A stretch of 64,000 bases of DNA, from positions 1 to 64,000 of the IMG/VR virus record IMGVR_UViG_3300018481_000004, one strand, 5' to 3'. This DNA is from a virus. This document shows positions 42,094-50,023 of this stretch, piece after piece. The first letter of the stretch is position 1. Each line of letters begins with the position of its first letter. The notes under the pieces were generated by a model. The model saw only the letters and a program-made list of their open reading frames with translations, was not told the origin of the DNA and made no database searches. The position numbers and the translations under genes were made by a program.

Positions 42094-43920
42094 GTGGCTC
42101 AAACTGCCGCACAGAGGTTGATCGCAAGAACGGGTAAGGCTGCAGCAGACTTTCGCTCTAACTCCGTACTCGGCGAGATCTTTCGTAAGGTCGGCGTGCG
42201 CGACACGCCCGAGCTTCAACGTATCAAGCACCTGCCACGACGCGACTGGAACGAGATCAGCAAAGAGGGATACGCCGAGCTTCTCAGTGCACATCTTCGC
42301 GCACCGGGCGGCTCGATGACGTTGCGCCCTTCGCAAGTCGCGCTGCTTACCGAGGCGTGTGATCTTGGCGGATGCCTTGGACAGTTGGGGCTCGGGGTCG
42401 GCAAGACGTTGATCACCGCGGTGCTGCCAACGTTGGTCGGTGCAGAGCGCCCCGTGCTACTCGCCCCTGCGAAGCTGCGCGACAAGACCAAGCGCGACTT
42501 CGACAAGCTACGCGAGCACTGGATCATCCATCCGCGGATCGAATTCGTCAGCTACCAGCAGCTGAGCCGCAAGAAGCAGGCAGACCTGCTCGAGGAGCTC
42601 GATCCAGACCTGTTGATGTGCGACGAAGTCCACGCCCTCAAGAACCTGAAGTCGGGCCGCACGAGGCGCGTGGCGCGCCGCATGAGCGCACGCCCAGACA
42701 CGATGTTCGTCGGGCTCTCGGGCACGCTCACGGTGCGTACGCCCATGGACTACTGGCACCTGCTCCTCTGGGCACTCTTGCGCAAGGGCCTCGTGCCGCT
42801 GCCGAAGAACGCCGACGAAGCGCAGGAGTGGGCGCTGGCCATCGGCGTGAACGTCGACGCCGACAAGCGCGTCTTGCCTGGTGCACTGCTCGACCTGCCG
42901 ATGCCCGAAGGACTCGATCCGGCGCTGCCCGCGATCACCAAGGCGAGGTTCGCGGTGCGTAAGCGTTTGCGCGAGACGCCCGGGTTCGTGATGACCGAGG
43001 AGACCGACGTCGACGCGAGCATCTCGCTGGAGCTCATCCACCCGCCGCCGAGCGACGCGGTCAACCAAGCCCTGATGGACGTGCGCACCACGTTCACTTC
43101 GCCCAACGGCGACATCCTCCTGCGCCCCGTGGACGTGTGGCGCCAGGCGCGGCAGCTCGCGTGCGGCTTCTACTACCGGTGGACGCCTCAGGCGCCCTCT
43201 GACTGGCTGTTCTGGCGCTCGAACTGGGGCCGCTACGTGCGGCACGTGCTCGGCTACAGCCAGAAGCTCGACACGCCCGAGCAGGTGCTGCACTGGGTCG
43301 AGAGGAACGTGAAGGAAGGCGTCCGTGAGGAGAAGTTTCGCCTGCACGACCCCGCCAAGCCCGACGACCCGGACACGGGCATCGACATGCTGCCGAGCCA
43401 AATCCTCTCCGAGTGGCAGCGCTGGCGCCCCACGTTCAAACCCAACCCCCAGGCGTACTGGATCGACGACAGCCATATGCGCTGGCTGATGCACACCCAC
43501 TGCACCGACAAGGAGGACCCGACCCTGATCTGGGTCGAGCATGTCGCCGTGGGTGAGCTGCTCGCTGAGATCACCGGCTTTCCGTACTGCCATGAAGGGG
43601 GACGCGATCAGCAGGGCCGGTACATCGAAGACCTCGATGGGCAGCACGTGATCTGCTCGGTCGAGTCCTGTAACGAGGGCATGAACCTGCAGGCGTGGCA
43701 CCGTAACCTCGTGGTCTCGTGCGCGCCCAGCGGCAAAACTTGGGAGCAGATGATCGGGCGCACACATCGCTCCGGACAGCTCGCCGACGAGGTCGAGGTG
43801 CTCGTGTTTCGCAGCTGCATCGAGCAGGAAGAGGGCCTCGACGAGGCGACCAAGCAAGCCGAGTACGCGTTCGAGACGTTCGGACAAAAGCAACGGCTCA
43901 TGCTCGCTGACCGCATCTGA
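42094..43920 (+). CDS. SNF2-family (SF2) helicase
   Basis: LGLGVGKTLITAV (motif I), LLMCDEVHALKN (DEVH) and the C-terminal EGMNLQ..GRTHRSGQ (motif VI). GTG at 42094 follows GGAGGAAGAC. Confidence 0.85.
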   Translation: MAQTAAQRLIARTGKAAADFRSNSVLGEIFRKVGVRDTPELQRIKHLPRRDWNEISKEGYAELLSAHLRAPGGSMTLRPSQVALLTEACDLGGCLGQLGLGVGKTLITAVLPTLVGAERPVLLAPAKLRDKTKRDFDKLREHWIIHPRIEFVSYQQLSRKKQADLLEELDPDLLMCDEVHALKNLKSGRTRRVARRMSARPDTMFVGLSGTLTVRTPMDYWHLLLWALLRKGLVPLPKNADEAQEWALAIGVNVDADKRVLPGALLDLPMPEGLDPALPAITKARFAVRKRLRETPGFVMTEETDVDASISLELIHPPPSDAVNQALMDVRTTFTSPNGDILLRPVDVWRQARQLACGFYYRWTPQAPSDWLFWRSNWGRYVRHVLGYSQKLDTPEQVLHWVERNVKEGVREEKFRLHDPAKPDDPDTGIDMLPSQILSEWQRWRPTFKPNPQAYWIDDSHMRWLMHTHCTDKEDPTLIWVEHVAVGELLAEITGFPYCHEGGRDQQGRYIEDLDGQHVICSVESCNEGMNLQAWHRNLVVSCAPSGKTWEQMIGRTHRSGQLADEVEVLVFRSCIEQEEGLDEATKQAEYAFETFGQKQRLMLADRI

Positions 43921-43993
43921 AAATGAGAAGTCGGCTGAGATCTCTTCGGGATCGTTTGCCAAATCTCATTTTTAGACACAGGGGGATGCATAG
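43917..43993 (+). promoter_or_regulatory. Inverted AAAATGAGA boxes plus CAGGGGGATGCATAG
   Basis: AAAATGAGA (43920-43928) is inverted as TCTCATTTT (43964-43972), flanking the GAGATCTC palindrome (43937-43944). CAGGGGGATGCATAG is at 43979-43993. Confidence 0.4.
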
Positions 43994-44026
43994 GAGGTGC
44001 AAGGGCGACAAAAAAGGAGCTGGCAG

Positions 44027-44491
44027 ATGTTCGGAACAGAGCGCAACGACCCGTTCGCACAGATCAACAGCGTGAGCTCGCGAGGCGCGCGCAACCCCTA
44101 CCTTCTCGACGGGCAGTACCACTTGCGTGTCGAGAAATGCGCGACCTTGCGCAGCCGCGATGACAAGCTTTTTTTCATCGTCGAGCTCGACATCCTCAGC
44201 TCGACCAATCTCGAGCGACCCGAGGGTCTGCGCGTCACTTGGATGACCAACCTCCAGCGCGACATGGGTCCCATCAACACGAAGCGCTTTTTGTCCGCGG
44301 CGATGGGCATCGACCCGGACTCCAAGCAGGCCGACGAGGAGATCACCTCGGACGTTGCGCGTCTCGCGGTCGGTGAAGATCAACCGATGAAGGGCATGGA
44401 GCTCTATGCCCAGGCCACCACCATTCAGACCAAGGCGGGCGACCCGTTCTTGGACGTCAAGTGGATGCCCATCGTCCAGACGGTGGAGTAA
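44027..44491 (+). CDS. Hypothetical protein (replication-module)
   Basis: ATG at 44027 follows AAAAAGGAG. 154 aa, MFGTERNDPFAQ... Confidence 0.6.
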   Translation: MFGTERNDPFAQINSVSSRGARNPYLLDGQYHLRVEKCATLRSRDDKLFFIVELDILSSTNLERPEGLRVTWMTNLQRDMGPINTKRFLSAAMGIDPDSKQADEEITSDVARLAVGEDQPMKGMELYAQATTIQTKAGDPFLDVKWMPIVQTVE

Positions 44492-44494
44492 GTC

Positions 44495-44734
44495 GTGGCC
44501 GGCCTTCGCGCGGAGTTCATCGTTCATCGACTAAACCAGGACGGCATGGAGCGCGTGGCGCGCGTCGCTGTGCTCTACTCAGACCTTCTGCAGGAGCTCG
44601 AGGCCCTTGCAGGGTCGGCAGGACGCGAGATGTCGATTGTCCGCACCAAGCTCGAGGAGGCCGCGTTCTTCACGAACAGGGCCATCGCACTGCGCGACAT
44701 CTACCAGCAGCCGCCAACAACGGGGGCACCATGA
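44495..44734 (+). CDS. Small helical protein, possible Acb2/Tad1-type hairpin (cyclic-nucleotide sponge candidate)
   Basis: 79 aa, GTG start. GREMSIVRTKLEEAAFFTNRAIALRD resembles the SRE.SLA.TKLEEA.MWAN.AIA hairpin as I recall it from that family. This rests on memory only. Confidence 0.5.
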   Translation: MAGLRAEFIVHRLNQDGMERVARVAVLYSDLLQELEALAGSAGREMSIVRTKLEEAAFFTNRAIALRDIYQQPPTTGAP

Positions 44735-45045
44735 AGTTCGAAGATTCCAAGTTCGGCGACGAAGTCGACGACGAGCCTTCGCCCAAGACGCTGGCGATGA
44801 TGGAGCTGCAGCGCTCCTACTTTCGAGCGGTGATCGGACCGCTCGTATCGAAGGCGTCTGGTCCCGCCGGAGGCATGACCCAGGAGGCACGCGAACACGT
44901 CTGCGAGCAAGCATGGGAGCTCGCGGAGGTGGCAATGCAATGGGACCGCGCCGCATTGGACCACCTTCTTGATCTCGAGGAAGCCGAAGCGGAGCGCCGG
45001 TTGAAAGCCGGGTGGAAGGCTTCCCCCGTTCATGACGGGGCGTAG
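44731..45045 (+). CDS. Hypothetical acidic protein
   Basis: ATG at 44731 overlaps the upstream stop (ATGA). 104 aa. Confidence 0.55.
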   Translation: MKFEDSKFGDEVDDEPSPKTLAMMELQRSYFRAVIGPLVSKASGPAGGMTQEAREHVCEQAWELAEVAMQWDRAALDHLLDLEEAEAERRLKAGWKASPVHDGA

Positions 45046-45113
45046 AGGGCGCGGACTGGGTCCGGCAGAGACTCCAAATCTCCGCTCGCAAGGTTCGATC
45101 CCTTGGCGCCCTG
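45046..45113 (+). tRNA. tRNA-Trp(CCA)-like element with a truncated D-arm
   Basis: Acceptor AGGGCGC/GCGCCCT is a perfect 7 bp with an A1-T72 pair and discriminator G. The anticodon loop is CTCCAAA. The T-arm is CAAGG-TTCGATC-CCTTG. Only 14 nt (GGACTGGGTCCGGC) occupy the D-arm position. A T-run lies at 45119-45124. Confidence 0.45.
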
Positions 45114-45309
45114 CAACGTTTTTTCGTGGGGTCTTTGCTGTGATCTGTTCGAACTCCGCGGAGAGCAGCGAAGTCCGTCTACTTCGCGCCGGCCGAAGCC
45201 CACGAACGCCGGCAACTTTTCACGAGGGGGAACGAGAGGGTTGCGCGTCACCGGGGGGTAGCGCGCTGACGCTGGGAAAGACCAGGGGCGCCCCGCCGCC
45301 TCTAGCGCG

Positions 45310-45651
45310 GTGACTGTCGGGAACAGACCGGCCCTTTTCGAGCAAGGACGGTGGTCAATGACGTGGCGAGCACGGCTCAGGTTCGAAAAGCGCGATCTCT
45401 GGTTCGGCGTCTTCTGGGACCTGAAGCCACGCAGCGCTTGGATTCCTGTTGCGAACGGAATCTACGAGGTGTGCGCAAGGGCTTGGCTTGCCTCGGGAGA
45501 GGCGCCAGGACCCCTCGCGAGCACCCAGATCAACGGCGTGAGCACTGTCGCAGGTGATTGCGTGCTGGTCCAGGAAGAGCCGCCGCGCGACCTGCACCTG
45601 TACATCTGCTTGGTCCCGTGTCTGCCCTTGCACGTCTGGAGGGAGACATGA
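45310..45651 (+). CDS. Hypothetical protein
   Basis: 113-aa ORF (GTG), with an alternative ATG at 45358. Contains RFEKRDLWFGVFWD. Confidence 0.5.
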   Translation: MTVGNRPALFEQGRWSMTWRARLRFEKRDLWFGVFWDLKPRSAWIPVANGIYEVCARAWLASGEAPGPLASTQINGVSTVAGDCVLVQEEPPRDLHLYICLVPCLPLHVWRET

Positions 45652-45857
45652 GCGGACTCATCAACGGCACGATGCCGCTACTCATGCATGGGCTCTGCCC
45701 GCGCTGCCACTACCTGCTCGAGACCGAAGGTCCGAACTACACGGGCGTGCTCTGCGACAGGTGCGGGGGAACGACAGCGCGCTACGTCGACCGCGACTGG
45801 CTTTGGGTCTACGCGGGCGACGAGCCCGAGGTCGCGGCAGAGGACCTGATCGAATGA
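45648..45857 (+). CDS. Small zinc-ribbon protein
   Basis: ATG at 45648 overlaps the upstream stop. CPRC..(17)..CDRC. 69 aa. Confidence 0.5.
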   Translation: MSGLINGTMPLLMHGLCPRCHYLLETEGPNYTGVLCDRCGGTTARYVDRDWLWVYAGDEPEVAAEDLIE

Positions 45858-45952
45858 GCCAGGAGATCGAAGACCGCTACTGACGCACGCGGGCTAGTGC
45901 CGATATGTGGGCACCTGAAAATCAAAGCGAACCTGAGAGGAGAGACGCACCC

Positions 45953-46870
45953 ATGGCCATCGTCCGGATCATCAAAGAGCCCACCATCATCATCGTCGCG
46001 GACATGGCGCTGCGCGAGACGGCGGCAAGCGAGCTCGTGCAGTGGCTGGAGGAAGTCGACCCTGAATGTCTCGAGGGCAGCGAAGACGAGCCTCCGTTTG
46101 ACCGGCTGCTCGTCCACGGGGGTGCCCGCAGCGAAGGCGAGGATTTGACCGACAACGAGTGCCTGGTGGAGCTTGCGGGTCGTGGTTGTTATCGGAGCTT
46201 CGGCACCAAAGCAGGCCGACGTGAAAACGATGCGTACGTGGCCAACCTCTTCGGGGAGCCCGGCAAGATCCCGCACGCGAGCGTCCTCTATCACGCGAAG
46301 ATGACCTTCTTTTTCGCAGGATTGTCTCGACGTGCGAGCCACGAGCTCATTCGGCACTACGTGGGCGCCGACCGCTCGGAAGAGGGTTGTCCATCTCAGG
46401 AGTCGACCCGCTACACCGAGCACCCCGGCCACTTCGCGCTGCACCCACGGGATGCGGGCGCATCGACGCAGGAGCAGCTGCAGTACGTCGACGACATGGG
46501 GCAGGCGTACGCGGCCTATCGTGGCTACCTCGAGCGCGCGGAGGTCGCGTACGAGCACCGTCACGGGCATGCGCCCAAGGGCATGAATCGCAAGCGCATC
46601 TACGAGGCCGCGGCGATGCGGCTGCCGGCGAGCGCCTGCACCAGCTTTTTCTGGACGACCAATCCCGAAGCACTCGACAAGCTGTTCCGCGAGCGCTGCG
46701 ACTTTGCTGCCGACCTTGAAATCCAGCGTTTTGCGACGAAATTGCGCACGACTTGCCAGACTGCCTGGCCGAACCTCTTCCGCGCGAGCAACCCCGTGTA
46801 TCAAAAAATGATACATCCGGCGGACACGTTGCCGCGGGCCGTCGGCGAAGTCAGGTTGAATGAAGAGTGA
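45953..46870 (+). CDS. thyX: FAD-dependent thymidylate synthase ThyX
   Basis: ELIRHYVGADRSEEGCPSQESTRY is a ThyX RHR..S..QS.RY motif carrying an insertion. ATG at 45953 follows GAGAGGAGAG. Confidence 0.75.
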   Translation: MAIVRIIKEPTIIIVADMALRETAASELVQWLEEVDPECLEGSEDEPPFDRLLVHGGARSEGEDLTDNECLVELAGRGCYRSFGTKAGRRENDAYVANLFGEPGKIPHASVLYHAKMTFFFAGLSRRASHELIRHYVGADRSEEGCPSQESTRYTEHPGHFALHPRDAGASTQEQLQYVDDMGQAYAAYRGYLERAEVAYEHRHGHAPKGMNRKRIYEAAAMRLPASACTSFFWTTNPEALDKLFRERCDFAADLEIQRFATKLRTTCQTAWPNLFRASNPVYQKMIHPADTLPRAVGEVRLNEE

Positions 46871-47154
46871 AATCCATACTGAAATCGCGTGAAACTCGAG
46901 GCTGGTGCACCAAATACGCGCTTACCAGCGGCATTTTCAACGCTTCGGTGAGTCCGGAGGGCCGCTTTTTGATCTGGCGCTCCCCCGAAGGAACGAAGGT
47001 CAAACTGAGCCGGGGCGTGAACTTCTTCGGAACGTTCGAAGCCGCAAGCGTGAGTGCACGCCGTATGGCAAAGCGTCGTATCCGTTCTCTGGAGCGGCAA
47101 ATTGCGGCACTTCGACACCTCTCGCGAGAGCCGAAACTGCTGAGTCGAGATTGA
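46867..47154 (+). CDS. Hypothetical protein (lower-GC segment)
   Basis: 95 aa. GTG overlaps the thyX stop. Confidence 0.45.
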   Translation: MKSILKSRETRGWCTKYALTSGIFNASVSPEGRFLIWRSPEGTKVKLSRGVNFFGTFEAASVSARRMAKRRIRSLERQIAALRHLSREPKLLSRD

Positions 47155-47181
47155 GGTGACGCGACCTTCTCCCCCCTGCAA

Positions 47182-47943
47182 ATGAAACGGCCAACGGAGT
47201 CACTTGCCATGATATGCAACGGATGTGGGCGGCCTAGCCGTGAACCCCTTGTGCCCGTGTTCGACTGGAAATTCTGCCCCCGGTGCGCGAAGAAGAGCGC
47301 GCGATCGACCGAGATCTTCGTCAAGGGGGGGCTCGCCACCGGGGTGCCGCGCGCCAAGCACGGACAGCGCCTGCGCGAAGTCGGGGAGATCATTGCCGCG
47401 CAAGGCTACGTGGATGCAGCCTCGCTCCATGAGGCCACGGGCAAAACGCTTCAGGCCTGCACCACCTATCTCAATCGGAAGGTGTTCGACGGCAAGCTTC
47501 GGCGCGTTCAGGACTGGTACGTGTTGCCCCTGCATACCCCGATGAACTTCGGGGCGGAGCCGGCTCTTTATTTTCAACGCATTTTCGGCTCCATCTCCGA
47601 CGCGATGGTGATGATCGATGTGCGGACGCAGCGCGCGCTGGCGATCAACCAAACCTCTCTCGATGTGACAGGGCGTGATTTAGAGGCGTTTCAAGCCCTA
47701 GACCTCTCGCAGATCGTGTTGCCGGAGGATTTGCCCGCCGTGCAGCGGGGGCTCGAGGCTGCGGAGAAAACAGGTCAGGCGAACTGGACCGCGCGCATCC
47801 GCGACGCCGATGGAAAGGTGCTCTTCACCGAGTCTCATGCGCTGTTGGCGTCTGCGGGACCTGATCCATCGCTGTTGATTCGTACGGTCTACACGTCGCC
47901 CGCAGAGGTCACTCGCGGCCGATCTGCGCAGCGTTCAGTGTAG
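47182..47943 (+). CDS. Zn-ribbon / winged-helix / PAS-domain protein (regulator candidate)
   Basis: CNGCG..CPRC at the N-terminus, a central wHTH-like segment, and a C-terminal PAS-like region FQRIFGSISDAMVMIDVRTQRALAINQTSLDVTGRDLEAFQALDLSQIV..IRDADGKVLFTESHALL. Confidence 0.7.
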   Translation: MKRPTESLAMICNGCGRPSREPLVPVFDWKFCPRCAKKSARSTEIFVKGGLATGVPRAKHGQRLREVGEIIAAQGYVDAASLHEATGKTLQACTTYLNRKVFDGKLRRVQDWYVLPLHTPMNFGAEPALYFQRIFGSISDAMVMIDVRTQRALAINQTSLDVTGRDLEAFQALDLSQIVLPEDLPAVQRGLEAAEKTGQANWTARIRDADGKVLFTESHALLASAGPDPSLLIRTVYTSPAEVTRGRSAQRSV

Positions 47944-47952
47944 GAAGTGGGG

Positions 47953-48696
47953 ATGAGCGCGCAGCCATGCATGCGCTGTGTCCAAGCACCGGGTGTGATC
48001 CGTACGAACGGGTTTTTGCTGTGTGAAGGATGCGCCGAACTGGCGAAGGCTGCGATCGCTGAGGAGGTGATCGCAGCGGCAGCGCCGCGGGCGCGTTACG
48101 GCGAGCGGCTCGCCCAAGCGCTTGCGATCGCCGAGCAGCACGGCGTCGTGACCTCGGCACTCTTGAGCGCGAGGGCGTCGATCTCGAAGTCCATGGCGAG
48201 CGGATACCTGCACACGCTCGCCAAGCAAGGGTGGCTGGTCTTCGAGGGCAAGGGGCGGTTTCGGCTCGCGTCTCTTGATGGCCATTTTCAGCCAGGCCTT
48301 GCCGAGCCGAACGAGGCGCTCAAGAGCGAGGCACGCAAGCGCTGGGCGCTGCAATTTGACCAGGTTTGGGGCACCGCGAACGACATCATGGGCATGTTCG
48401 CGGCCGATCAGCAGATGCAAGTGGTCGCGTTGAACCAGGCATTCGAGCGCATGTTCGGCCACGGTCTTGCCGAGGCCCAAGCGATGTCTCTCGAGCATCG
48501 GCTACAGCTGAGCGAAAATGTCGAGACGGCAGACGAGGTGATCGCGCGCTTACAGATCGATGACTATGTCCAGTGCGCACTGCGCCTGCGTGATTCCACG
48601 CGGCGGCTCATCACGCTCGAAGTGCACTACTATGTGGTGCAGCGCGACCCGGAGATCATCGTCTTCGTCCACGCAAGTGTAGAGGATAAGCCGTAG
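47953..48696 (+). CDS. Zn-ribbon / winged-helix / PAS-domain protein, paralog of 47182..47943
   Basis: CMRC..CEGC, SKSMASGYLHTLAKQGWLVFEGKGRF (wHTH-like), and the PAS-like FDQVWGTANDIMGMFAADQQMQVVALNQAFERMFGHGLAEAQ. ATG at 47953 follows AGGAAG. Confidence 0.7.
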   Translation: MSAQPCMRCVQAPGVIRTNGFLLCEGCAELAKAAIAEEVIAAAAPRARYGERLAQALAIAEQHGVVTSALLSARASISKSMASGYLHTLAKQGWLVFEGKGRFRLASLDGHFQPGLAEPNEALKSEARKRWALQFDQVWGTANDIMGMFAADQQMQVVALNQAFERMFGHGLAEAQAMSLEHRLQLSENVETADEVIARLQIDDYVQCALRLRDSTRRLITLEVHYYVVQRDPEIIVFVHASVEDKP

Positions 48697-48798
48697 ATGG
48701 ACGCTCTCGATCGCAAGGTCGTGCTGTGGGGCCTTCTCGTGATGGCCGCCAACGTCATCGGGTTCGCGCTGCACAGGTGGTTGCACCCTTGGATCTGA
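48697..48798 (+). CDS. Possible 33-aa membrane peptide
   Basis: My translation is MDALDRKVVLWGLLVMAANVIGFALHRWLHPWI. It starts 1 nt after the upstream stop. Confidence 0.3.
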   Translation: MDALDRKVVLWGLLVMAANVIGFALHRWLHPWI

Positions 48799-48812
48799 GG
48801 CCGGGTTCTGCA

Positions 48813-48886
48813 GTTTGAGTTTGAGCTGGGAACCTCTCAAAATGAGAAGGCTTTGTCGGTGCAGACGTGCAGGGGGATGCGCATAG
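48813..48886 (+). promoter_or_regulatory. GTTTGAGTTTGAG, CTCAAAATGAGAAGG and CAGGGGGATGCGCATAG boxes
   Basis: The boxes lie at 48813-48825, 48836-48850 and 48870-48886, upstream of 48933..49415. Confidence 0.4.
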
Positions 48887-48932
48887 TCTGTAGGAGGCGC
48901 GTGCTGCGCCTTCGGCGACGAGGGGATCCCGG

Positions 48933-49415
48933 ATGCCGAACGAGCAAGACATCGCCATGGCCGCCATGGTCGGTGCCACCCATGACAGGGCTGCTGAGCT
49001 GATCGCACAGTACCGCGAGGACTCCGCAGCCCTGGCTTCCTACAGGCCTTGGGGGCAAGACTCCATGGTGCGCGCTGACGTCGCCAAGGCGCAGCTCGAC
49101 AACGCCTACGACGAGCGCAACCGCCTGGTCGCTGCGCTCGCGCGCTCCGTGGTCGACTCCGGCGGACTTGCCTGGCTGGGCAGGCATGAGGGCGACCCTG
49201 CCCACTGGGATCCGGAGTGGCTGAACGTCGTCTACGTCGAGCTGCCGACGGGCCAATGCAGCTGGCACGTGCACGACGGTGACCTGCCACTGTTCGCGTT
49301 CCTGCAGCAGGCCAACCTGCAGCCGTGGGACGGGCACAGCACGATCGAGAAGTACGACCGCCTCGATGCCTTTGCGAACGGTCAGGGCGCCTTTGGGCCT
49401 CAGGGGGCGCGGTGA
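48933..49415 (+). CDS. WDGH-motif phage protein (hypothetical)
   Basis: 160 aa with QCSWHVHDGDLPLF and QPWDGHSTIEKYDRL. I recall this motif pair from uncharacterised phage proteins. Confidence 0.65.
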   Translation: MPNEQDIAMAAMVGATHDRAAELIAQYREDSAALASYRPWGQDSMVRADVAKAQLDNAYDERNRLVAALARSVVDSGGLAWLGRHEGDPAHWDPEWLNVVYVELPTGQCSWHVHDGDLPLFAFLQQANLQPWDGHSTIEKYDRLDAFANGQGAFGPQGAR

Positions 49416-49423
49416 TGTCAGGC

Positions 49424-50023
49424 CTAGTGCAGCGTCTCAAGGAACGCGCCCATCGCGACGACGCGCAGCTCCCATCTTGCGATGTAGCTTTCGGGCAATT
49501 CGTTCTGTGTGACCGACAGCTCACGCAAGGCGGACAGCTGTCGATGAAGATACGTGACGCCGAAGCTGATGGCGCCTCGTTGGACGTGTCGCGCGCTCTC
49601 GATTCGGGCCTGCTTCTGGCGGCTGCGCGCCTTGGGCAGGTGCGGCGATTCCAGCTCTGCATCTCGGATGAGCGCTGCGCGTTTGTCGTCAAGGCTGCCA
49701 AAGAACCGCGAAAACTCGCACGCAAGATCGATCGCAACGTCGTATTCGGCGGTGAGAGCAAGCGAACGTTTTCGGCGCCGCCGCATCAGAGAAGCAAAGC
49801 GGACGAGTTCCTGGGTGACTTCGTAAGACTCAGGCCGTGGCCCGAACTCGGATTCCATCTCGGCGCGCTCCCATTCGAGATAAGCCTTCGAGGGGCGGCC
49901 TTTTCCGCTCCATGCGGGGGTGTCGTCGCTCATGAGGTCGGCTCTAGCATCGCTTCGCCAAGTGTCTTGAAGTCGCGAGTCACAAAGGTCGCACTCTACT
50001 GTGTAAAAGGCGCGTGATTTCAT
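49424..50023 (-). CDS. Hypothetical protein; strand assignment uncertain
   Basis: 199-aa minus ORF. All its Ile codons are ATC and it has few GTA or ATA codons. The opposite-strand ORF 49415..50017 contains ATA and GTA codons but is start/stop-coupled to the upstream gene. Confidence 0.4.
   Translation of the reverse strand: MKSRAFYTVECDLCDSRLQDTWRSDARADLMSDDTPAWSGKGRPSKAYLEWERAEMESEFGPRPESYEVTQELVRFASLMRRRRKRSLALTAEYDVAIDLACEFSRFFGSLDDKRAALIRDAELESPHLPKARSRQKQARIESARHVQRGAISFGVTYLHRQLSALRELSVTQNELPESYIARWELRVVAMGAFLETLH

Noticed and set aside
42508-43962. 484-aa minus ORF opposite the SNF2 helicase gene, and likewise 53194..54852 opposite polA
   Set aside because: The sense-strand proteins carry complete helicase and polymerase motif sets. 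The antisense products are low-complexity and Arg/His/Val-rich.
45032-45313. 93-aa plus ORF across the tRNA-like element
   Set aside because: It overlaps the end of the preceding gene and the structured non-coding region, and it is Arg/Gly/Pro-rich. The tRNA-like fold explains the sequence better.
48841-48885. Micro-ORFs starting at the ATG inside the AAAATGAGA boxes
   Set aside because: The reading frames downstream of the different box copies are not conserved in length or sequence, so the ATG is part of a DNA motif and not a start codon.
48550-49761. 403-aa minus ORF spanning the PAS gene end, an intergenic region and the WDGH gene
   Set aside because: Extremely Arg/Ser/Pro/Ala-rich. It crosses a box-containing intergenic region and overlaps better-supported plus-strand genes.
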